Origin: an uncultured delta proteobacterium
GTDB taxonomy: Bacteria > Myxococcota_A > Polyangia > Polyangiales > Polyangiaceae
Assembly (NCBI GenBank): GCA_963782055.1
Contig: CAWAIF010000003.1
Location: 3,392,001 to 3,456,000 of the forward strand
DNA length: 64,000 nucleotides
Direction of reading: 5' to 3'
Shown here: in pieces, positions 57,801 to 64,000 of the stretch
Layout of the letters: every line of letters begins with the position of its first letter
How positions within the stretch are numbered: position 1 is the first letter of the stretch
Program-made: the position numbers and the translations under genes
Notes under the pieces: generated by a model
What the model saw: only the letters and a program-made list of their open reading frames with translations
Told to the model about the DNA's origin: nothing
The model's database searches: none

Positions 57801-60529
57801 TCCGGGCCGGCCAGGCGCTCGTGACCGTCGAGCGCACAGGCGTCTACACCCGGCGCACCGTGAAGCTGGTGGGGCCGATGCCGACCATCCGCGTGCCCAT
57901 CACCGCCGACCTGCTGCCCAACGCCTTCGTCAGCGTGCAGCTCGAGCGAGGCCGGGTGGCGCCGCGCCGCGGGGGGGCCGACGTCGGGGCCCCGCAATTT
58001 CGTGTAGGATACACGGAGCTGAGCATCGATCCCTCGTCGCGCCGCCTGAAGGTGGCCGTCACACCGTCGACGAGGCAGGCCCACCCGGGCGACCAGCTCG
58101 ACGTGGCGCTGCGCGTCGCCGACGCCGCGGGCAAGCCGGCGCGCGCCAGCGTCACGCTCTATGCCGTCGACGAGGGCGTGCTCATGCTCACCGGCTACAA
58201 GACGCCCGACCCCTTCCCGGTCTTCACCGCGCCCCGCCCGCTCGCCGTCTTCACCCTGGAGTCGCGGCAGGACCTGGCAGCGGTGTTCCGCTCCTCGCTT
58301 GGCCAGGGCGGTGGCGACAAGGGCGGCGACGGCGGCGGCGGCGGTGACGACGGCACGCCGGTGCGCTCCGACTTCCGCACCACCGCGCTCTTCCTGCCCA
58401 GCCTGGTCACCGGCGACGACGGCGTGGCGCACGCCCGGTTCAAGCTGCCCGACGGCCTGACGACCTACCGCATCATGGCGGTGGCCGCGGGCGAGGACGA
58501 TCGCTTCGGCTTCGGGCAGTCGAGCGTCACCGCGAGCCGCCCGCTGATGGCGCGCCCGTCGCTCCCGCGCTTCATGCGCGCCGGCGACACGCTGCAGGCG
58601 GGCGTGGTCGTGAGCTCCAAGATGCCGAAGGCCGCCGGCGTGGACGTGACCATCGACGCCAAGGGCGTGCAGCTCGCCGAGCCGGCCACCAGGCACGTCT
58701 CGCTGCCCGCCTCCGGCAGCACGGAGGTGCGCTGGAACCTGGCCGCGCCCACCGCCGGCCGCGCCACCTTCGCCTTCACGGTGAAGGGCGGCGGCGAATC
58801 CGACGCCGTGCGCGTCACGCGCGAGATCTCCACGCCGACGGTCATGGAGGCGGTGGCGCTGTACGGCGACACCGAGAGCTCCGCCGGCGAGCGGCTGGGC
58901 GACCTCTCCTCGGTGCGCAAGGACGTGGGGGAGCTGGACCTGCGCCTCTCCTCCACCGCGCTCGTGGGGCTGGACGACGGCGTCGAGCAGCTCGTGCAGT
59001 ACCCCTACGGGTGCACCGAGCAGCTCACCAGCCGGCTGGTGCCGCTGGTGGTGCTGCGCGATCTCGCCAGGGACTACGGCATCAAGCTCCCCGGCGACGT
59101 GGACGCCCGGTCGGACGAGGCCGTCGCCAAGATCCTGAAGAACCAGCGGCCGGACGGCGGGTTCGGCTACTGGCCGGACTCGCCGGAGTCCAGCCCGTGG
59201 CTCACCGCCTACGCGCTCTGGGGCCTTTGGCTGGTGCAGCAGCACGGGCACGTCGTGCCCGCGAAGGCGATCGAGGCGGCGAAGGCCGCGCTCGGCCGCG
59301 ATCTCCAGAGGTGGGACGGCATCTGGCTCGCGGCGGACGCCTTCGTCCTGGACGTGCTGGCCGAGACCGGCTCGCCGGATCCAGGCGCGATGAACCGCCT
59401 CTACGACTCCCGGGACACGCTCCCGCTCTTCGCGCGCGCGCTGCTCGCCCACGCGATGCTCGTCTCGAGCACCTCGCCGGACTCGGCGAAGGAGCTGCTG
59501 CGCGGTCTGGAGAACCACCTGCGCGTCGACGGTCCGGGCGCGACGGTCGCCGAGAACCTCGGCGATCGGTACGCGCCGCTGCTCGACTCGGAGGCGCGCA
59601 CCACCGCCATGGTGCTGCGCACCCTGCTCACCGAGGACCCACGGCACCCGCTCGCGGCCCGGCTGGCCAAGGGCCTGCTCGCCATGCGCAAGGGCGGCAC
59701 CTGGCGCTCGACGCAGGAGACGGCGTGGGCGCTCATCGCGCTGGACCAGTACCGCAAGGACCAGGAGAAGAAGGCGCCGGACTTCACCGCCAAGGTGCTC
59801 ATGGGCGGCCGGCAGGTCGCCTCCGGCGAATTCCACGGGCGCAGCCTGGCGGCGCCCAGCACGTCGGTGGCGATGGGCCAGCTGCTGGCGAGCTCGGCGG
59901 GCGGCGAGATGCTGGGCTTCCAGGTGCAAGGCGACGGCCGCCTCTTCTACGAGGCTCGCTTGCACTACGCGCGCAAGGACATGCCCACCACGCCGCTGGA
60001 CCGCGGCTTCGCGGTGACCAAGGCGATGCGCAGCCTGCGCCCGGAGGACCTGCGCGCCGCGCTGGCCACGGTACCCAGCAAGGGCGTGAGCGCCGCGCGC
60101 GCGGGGGACCTTGTGCTCGTCGACCTGGTCGTCGTCTCGGCGGACCCGCAGGAGAACGTCGTCATCGACGACCCGTTGCCCGCGGGCCTGCAGGGCGTCG
60201 ACACCTCCCTCGAGACGACGGCGTCGGACATGGGCGCCGCGGTCGACGCCGGCGGGGAGGGAGACCAGGTGGACCAGGACGACGCCACCTACGACCACGT
60301 CGCCGCGGGGAACGCCTTCGGCTCGGTCTGGTACCACCGCGAGATGCGCGACGACCGCGTGCTCACCTTCGTGGAGCACATGCCCGCCGGCATCTTCCAC
60401 TTCCGCTACCTCGCGCGCGCCGTGACGCCCGGGCGCTTCCTCGTGCCGCCCACCAAGGCGGAGGACATGTACGCGCCGGAGGTGTTCGGGCGCACGGCTG
60501 GCGCGGTCTTCCAGGTGGCCGCGCCGTGA
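54842..60529 (+). CDS. Bacterial alpha-2-macroglobulin (lipoprotein, N-terminal Ig-like domains)
   Basis: FTSC lipobox; DRGIYRPGD (MG2), VRSDF, LPDGLTTYR, thioester YPYGCTEQ, WRSTQE, AEDMYAPE. Confidence 0.95.
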   Translation: MRGVRVGFVLMGLVLFTSCLQGSPGVVPRAPRTLGLGTEDPDLPSRRPFGVTFAGPKGPTVDASVVTVLFNRPMHALEIAEEASPPPIHIETAAGGKVAGTWRWVGTHAARFSPVKALPRATEFHVTVPAGTRAVDGATMKDAYAFSFSTPRPELVNVSPSSDHLSPSASFELRFNQPVDVAEARGHVSLLVAGKLRAFSVRRPQPDVPELVQLSPTAALPLDTDVDVVVSPALVGMEGPLTAGTPHTVEMRTYGPLEIKRHTCSTDTPHGRCAAFSGVSIELTNDVPGKEFAAHARIEGPTVARVHHAPDYSSTYWTLGNDLRPAASYRLVIKAGMKDIYGQKLAHDVVWPFQTDDEWPALDVGLTGGTFEARGTHAVPVTSLNVAKYDLLTVPLDEAGLMHLLFTDRSSGLYDVARGLPGAKVQTIAPRAATNAGSTRSVALDHVPPHGRGPMAFGVRWPSRGGSRDDLRLVTITDLAITAKMSRFGGLVWVTRLSDARPVAGASVSIRTPSGEAFGGKTGSDGVLAVPADRYAAVDAEGRVDEDAVIVVRDGDDWAYRRMNDDVSPWSTGVYTDLTGATDPFGMLFADRGIYRPGDTVRLKGLVRVPEPRGTSTPRGREIGVTATDSQGQKLLDTKVKLGAFGDFALDIPTARSTPLGYLDIQAITPDAPRNRWGGSTGHIASTSVRLAEYQPSEFKVGVETSKPSYVRGDPASFTVHGDYLFGAPMGGAGTRYTVTRGETSFTPPGAEDLVVDDGTYYDGLPDAPSRATELDAKEVKLDAKGTFGANMALALPGQRGPEVVTVEAEVTDLTRQSIAGRSSVVVHPADFYVAEEPLDGYFFDKGKPIRVGVAAITPEGAHRAGTKVDVVLIRRTWRTILQRTGDTGARYDSHAVDEIAGRCSVTTTAKLAGCAVTPRAGGYYILRAVAKDAKGNTVGASQSAYVLGDEGSIGWDTDDANVVKLTPDRKSYEVGQTARILVKNPFRAGQALVTVERTGVYTRRTVKLVGPMPTIRVPITADLLPNAFVSVQLERGRVAPRRGGADVGAPQFRVGYTELSIDPSSRRLKVAVTPSTRQAHPGDQLDVALRVADAAGKPARASVTLYAVDEGVLMLTGYKTPDPFPVFTAPRPLAVFTLESRQDLAAVFRSSLGQGGGDKGGDGGGGGDDGTPVRSDFRTTALFLPSLVTGDDGVAHARFKLPDGLTTYRIMAVAAGEDDRFGFGQSSVTASRPLMARPSLPRFMRAGDTLQAGVVVSSKMPKAAGVDVTIDAKGVQLAEPATRHVSLPASGSTEVRWNLAAPTAGRATFAFTVKGGGESDAVRVTREISTPTVMEAVALYGDTESSAGERLGDLSSVRKDVGELDLRLSSTALVGLDDGVEQLVQYPYGCTEQLTSRLVPLVVLRDLARDYGIKLPGDVDARSDEAVAKILKNQRPDGGFGYWPDSPESSPWLTAYALWGLWLVQQHGHVVPAKAIEAAKAALGRDLQRWDGIWLAADAFVLDVLAETGSPDPGAMNRLYDSRDTLPLFARALLAHAMLVSSTSPDSAKELLRGLENHLRVDGPGATVAENLGDRYAPLLDSEARTTAMVLRTLLTEDPRHPLAARLAKGLLAMRKGGTWRSTQETAWALIALDQYRKDQEKKAPDFTAKVLMGGRQVASGEFHGRSLAAPSTSVAMGQLLASSAGGEMLGFQVQGDGRLFYEARLHYARKDMPTTPLDRGFAVTKAMRSLRPEDLRAALATVPSKGVSAARAGDLVLVDLVVVSADPQENVVIDDPLPAGLQGVDTSLETTASDMGAAVDAGGEGDQVDQDDATYDHVAAGNAFGSVWYHREMRDDRVLTFVEHMPAGIFHFRYLARAVTPGRFLVPPTKAEDMYAPEVFGRTAGAVFQVAAP

Positions 60530-62979
60530 ACGCGCGGCGCGCACTGGACCTGCTGCGCGCGGCGTCGCGCGCGCGGCTCGGACCGCGGGGGCGGCGCGCG
60601 GCCCGCGCGGTGTGCGGGGTGCTGCTCGCGCCGGTGCTCGCGCTGATCGTCGCGGCGGCGCTCACCCCGCTCCCGCGCGAGCTCTCCGTCGCGGAGTACG
60701 GACCGTCCCTGGAGATCGACGCGCGCGACGGCTCGGTGCTCAGGGAGATCCGCGCTGACGACGCCACGCGCGCCCGCTGGGTCCCCCTCGCGGAGATGGG
60801 CCCGGAGGTGCCGCGTGCGATGATGGCGGCGGAGGACCTGCGCTTTCGCTCGCACCCGGGCGTCGACCCGCTGGCGGTCGCGAGGGCGACGGCCGGGACG
60901 GTCCTCGCCGGGCACGTCGTCTCCGGGGCGTCGACGCTCACCATGCAGCTCGCGCGGCTGGTGCGACCGCACCCGCGCACGCTCGCGGGCAAGCTGGGCG
61001 AGATGGCCCTCGCGCTGCGGATCGAGGCGTCGCTCTCCAAGGACCAGATCCTGGAGCAGTACCTCAACCGCGCCCCCTTCGGCCCCGAGCTCCGCGGCAT
61101 CGACGCGGCCAGCCGCCACTACTTCGGGAAGGCCCCCGCCGAGCTCTCCCTCGCCGAGGCGTGCGCCCTGGCCGCGATGCCGCGGGGCCCGACGCTCTAC
61201 GACATGGACCGTCACCCGGAGCGGGTGCGGCGGCGGCGCGACCGGATCCTGGACCGCATGTTCGGGGCGGGGCTGGTCGACGCCGACCACTACCACCGCG
61301 CCAAGACCGAGCCGCTGGTGGTGCGCGGCGCGCGCAGCCACTTCGGGGCGCCACACTTCGTCCGCGCGGTGGCCGACGGCAAGCTCGGCGGTGGGGTGGC
61401 GCTCGGGCGCGCCAGCCGCGTGGTCACCACGCTCGACCCCGGACTGCAGGGGGAGGCGGAGCGCGCGGTCGCGCGCGTCGTCACCGGGCTGAGGAGCCGG
61501 CACGTGACCGCCGGCGCCGCGGTGGTGCTGGACAACGAGACCGGGGAGATCCTGGCGTACGTCGGCTCGCCCTCGTGGACCGACGACGCGCACGGCGGCA
61601 AGAACGACGGCGTGCGGGCGCTCCGACAGCCCGGCTCCTCGCTCAAGCCCTTCCTCTACGGCCTGGCGATGGACCGCGGGGCCCTGACCACCGCCTCGGT
61701 GCTGGACGACACGGCGCTTCGCATCGCGACGCCCGGCGGCGGGGACTACGTCCCGCACAACTACGACCAGCGCTTCCACGGCCCGGTGCGCCTGCGCGAG
61801 GCGCTCGCCAACTCGTACAACGTGCCGGCGGTGCGGACGCTGCTGCTCGTGGGCGATCAGGCCGCGCTCGACGAGCTGCACGCCTTCGGCTTCGCCTCCC
61901 TCACCGGGCGGGCGGACGACTACGGTCCGGCGCTGGCGCTGGGGGACGGGGAGGTGACGCTGCTGGAGCTGGCCGGCGCCTACGCCACCCTGGCGCGGGG
62001 CGGCATCACGCGGCCGGTGGTCGCGGTGCGCGAGGTCGACGGCGCGCCGGTCACGCCTCCCGGCGACTCGCGGCGGGTGATGCCGCGGGCGGTGGCGGAC
62101 GTGATCACCGACATCCTGGCGGACCGCGACGCCCGGCTGGCGTCCTTCGGCGAGCGGAGCATGCTGGAGCTGCCGGTGCCGGTCGCGGCGAAGACCGGCA
62201 CCTCCAAGGGCTTTCGCGACAACGTGGCGGTCGGCTTCACGCGGCGGGTCACCGTGGCGGCGTGGGCGGGCAACTTCGACGGCAGCGCGATGGCAGGCGT
62301 GAGCGGCATCACGGGCGCCGGCCCCATCTTCCACGAGGTGATGGAGGCGGCCTCGCGGCGCTACCCGGAGCGGCCGGGGGAGCGCCCGCTGCGCCTGCAG
62401 CCGGGCCGGGCGCCCGGGCTCGTGCGCGTCAAGGTGTGCGCCCTCTCCGGCAAGCGCGCCGCGCCGGACTGCCCGCACGCGATCGAGGAGTGGCTGCCGG
62501 CGGCGAAGGCGGACGCGCTGGACACGTGCACCATGCACCAGATCGTCGGGGTCGATACGCGCAACGGCCTGCGGGCCGGCCCCGCGTGCCCGCGAGGCGT
62601 CGTCGCCGACCGCGTCTTCGAGGTGTTCCCCCCCGAGCTCGCGGGGTGGGCCGCGGCGGCGCACCGCGAGAGCGCCCCGCGCGACTTCTCGCCGCTCTGC
62701 GGGCCGTCGCCCCGCGGCGGCGCGGCGGACGTGGCGGTGCGCATCGCCGAGCCGCTGGACGGCTCGCGCTACGTGCTGGACCCCGACGCGCCGCGCGAGC
62801 GGCAGGCCCTCACGGTGCGTCTCGTCGCGCCGGCGGGGAGGGCGCGCGTCCTGGTGGACGGTCGTCCGGTGCCGACGCAGGACCTCGTGGCGCGCTGGTC
62901 GCCGACGCCCGGAGAGCACGTCCTCCGGGCGGAGGTCGGGGGCGTGCGGAGCGAGGCGGTGCACGTCCACGTGGAGTGA
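60526..62979 (+). CDS. pbpC: Penicillin-binding protein 1C
   Basis: Transglycosylase EDLRF..HPGVD, GASTLTMQL; transpeptidase SSLK, SYN, KTGT; GTGA-coupled to A2M. Confidence 0.93.
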   Translation: MNARRALDLLRAASRARLGPRGRRAARAVCGVLLAPVLALIVAAALTPLPRELSVAEYGPSLEIDARDGSVLREIRADDATRARWVPLAEMGPEVPRAMMAAEDLRFRSHPGVDPLAVARATAGTVLAGHVVSGASTLTMQLARLVRPHPRTLAGKLGEMALALRIEASLSKDQILEQYLNRAPFGPELRGIDAASRHYFGKAPAELSLAEACALAAMPRGPTLYDMDRHPERVRRRRDRILDRMFGAGLVDADHYHRAKTEPLVVRGARSHFGAPHFVRAVADGKLGGGVALGRASRVVTTLDPGLQGEAERAVARVVTGLRSRHVTAGAAVVLDNETGEILAYVGSPSWTDDAHGGKNDGVRALRQPGSSLKPFLYGLAMDRGALTTASVLDDTALRIATPGGGDYVPHNYDQRFHGPVRLREALANSYNVPAVRTLLLVGDQAALDELHAFGFASLTGRADDYGPALALGDGEVTLLELAGAYATLARGGITRPVVAVREVDGAPVTPPGDSRRVMPRAVADVITDILADRDARLASFGERSMLELPVPVAAKTGTSKGFRDNVAVGFTRRVTVAAWAGNFDGSAMAGVSGITGAGPIFHEVMEAASRRYPERPGERPLRLQPGRAPGLVRVKVCALSGKRAAPDCPHAIEEWLPAAKADALDTCTMHQIVGVDTRNGLRAGPACPRGVVADRVFEVFPPELAGWAAAAHRESAPRDFSPLCGPSPRGGAADVAVRIAEPLDGSRYVLDPDAPRERQALTVRLVAPAGRARVLVDGRPVPTQDLVARWSPTPGEHVLRAEVGGVRSEAVHVHVE

Positions 62980-63014
62980 GGTCGGCCCGAGGTCGAGGCT
63001 GCTATGATGCGAGG

Positions 63015-63659
63015 ATGGCTCGCTTCTCTCCTTTCTTTCTCCTCTTGGCGCTCTCCGCGTGCGGGGGGGTCGTGGTCGACTCCTCCTCCGACGGCGGCCC
63101 GGACGCCACGCCGAAGGACGGCGCGCTGACGGACGGGACGGCGCTGACCGACGGGTCTTCGTCCGACGGCGGCACGACGGTCACCGTCGGCTGCCCCGCG
63201 GACGCGCCCGCCCCGGGGACCGCGTGCGCACCGCCCGGCGCGCTGTGCGAGTACGGCACCGCCTTCTGGACGCAGTGCGACGACGTCTTCAAGTGCAACC
63301 CGAAGACCGACACCTGGTTCGCCCGCCCGAAGGACACGTCCCTCTGCGCGGCCGACTCGCAGTCGTGTCCGGCCACCTTCAAGGAGGCGAAGGGTACCTG
63401 CACGCCCTTCATGGACTGCGACTACCCCGAGGGATACTGCGAGTGCGTCGTGACCTGCGGTGGTCCACCGGGCGGTCCGCAGGACTACTTCGCGTGCGCG
63501 CATCCTTACCAGGGCTGCCCCTACCCGCGACCGCGCCTCGGCACCGCGTGCTCGAACGAGGGCCAGCAGTGCAACTACCAGGTGTGCTGCACCGGCACGA
63601 ACATGACGTGCAAGGGCGGCACCTGGCAGGGCCTCATCCTGGACCAGCCCTGCCCCTGA
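63015..63659 (+). CDS. Cys-rich lipoprotein
   Basis: LSAC lipobox, DGG/DG linker, repeated CP...P..GTAC...G..C.Y modules. Confidence 0.8.
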   Translation: MARFSPFFLLLALSACGGVVVDSSSDGGPDATPKDGALTDGTALTDGSSSDGGTTVTVGCPADAPAPGTACAPPGALCEYGTAFWTQCDDVFKCNPKTDTWFARPKDTSLCAADSQSCPATFKEAKGTCTPFMDCDYPEGYCECVVTCGGPPGGPQDYFACAHPYQGCPYPRPRLGTACSNEGQQCNYQVCCTGTNMTCKGGTWQGLILDQPCP

Positions 63660-63671
63660 CGCGCGCGCGGG

Positions 63672-64000
63672 CTACTTGAAGCCTAGCCGCGTGCGGGCCT
63701 CGGCGTAGCCGTCGCTGACGGTGAAGGCGATGAGCTCCTTCACCTCCGGCATGCGCGCGATCCATCCGGCGCGCGCGTCGCCCGCGGGGGGCGGCTCGCC
63801 GCGGCCGGTGGCGAAGGCGACGGCTTCCATCGCGGCGTTTGGATCGCCCACAGCGAGCAGCGCGGCGTGGTTGGCCCACGCGAGCACCGCGCCGCCGAGC
63901 GCCCCGATCTGCGGGCCCAGCGCGCCGATGACCTCCAGCGCCATGCTCCCGGTCGCGGGGTCGATCTGGCGAGGCATCGCGGACTGTACCCTGCGCGTCG
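63672..64000 (-). CDS. 3' end of a large protein running in from beyond the window
   Basis: Open frame ending ELIAFTVSDGYAEARTRLGFK*; resembles C-termini of large myxobacterial TPR proteins. Confidence 0.55.
   Translation of the reverse strand, partial: TRRVQSAMPRQIDPATGSMALEVIGALGPQIGALGGAVLAWANHAALLAVGDPNAAMEAVAFATGRGEPPPAGDARAGWIARMPEVKELIAFTVSDGYAEARTRLGFK

Noticed and set aside
54797..60544. 1915-aa minus-strand ORF, and similar long ORFs such as 50982..54581+, 19878..22940+, 12227..14926+, 15064..17931-, 61..2454+
   Set aside because: Antisense shadows of real genes caused by high GC3; no motifs, and the opposite strand carries clear protein families
54842..62979. A2M-pbpC operon as a novel system
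   Set aside because: Well-known conserved pairing in Gram-negative bacteria

Overview
Very GC-rich bacterial chromosome segment. The gene repertoire (Cys-rich and 'DAG'-linker lipoproteins, a eukaryotic-like Ser/Thr kinase, a GYF/TonB-C-like membrane protein, alpha-2-macroglobulin/pbpC) suggests a myxobacterium, probably Polyangiales-like (inference). Most of the window is housekeeping, envelope and signalling genes: DinG-type helicase, eno, two two-component systems, GMC oxidoreductase, ABC-F, Ntn-acylase, DEAD-box helicase, polyprenyl synthase, L,D-transpeptidase, FKBP, typA, A2M-pbpC. The standout is a 10,229-bp element with no recognisable capsid gene, integrated in tRNA-Lys(TTT) and bounded by a perfect 47-bp direct repeat (25845-25891 / 36074-36120). 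Its attP lies inside the tyrosine-integrase gene: on excision the integrase would fuse in frame to an ORF at the far end of the element (496 aa integrated, 556 aa excised). The element also carries paired arm-type repeats, a Zn-TOPRIM-DnaB primase-helicase with an iteron-like origin candidate, several HTH/RHH regulators, and a TGTAGCYACA operator-like site at two sigma70-like promoters. Other observations: a dispersed ~32-bp REP-like palindrome, a recurrent leaderless-promoter signature, three apparent single-base frameshifts, and several degenerate enzyme domains. All calls are from reading motifs by eye; no searches were run.
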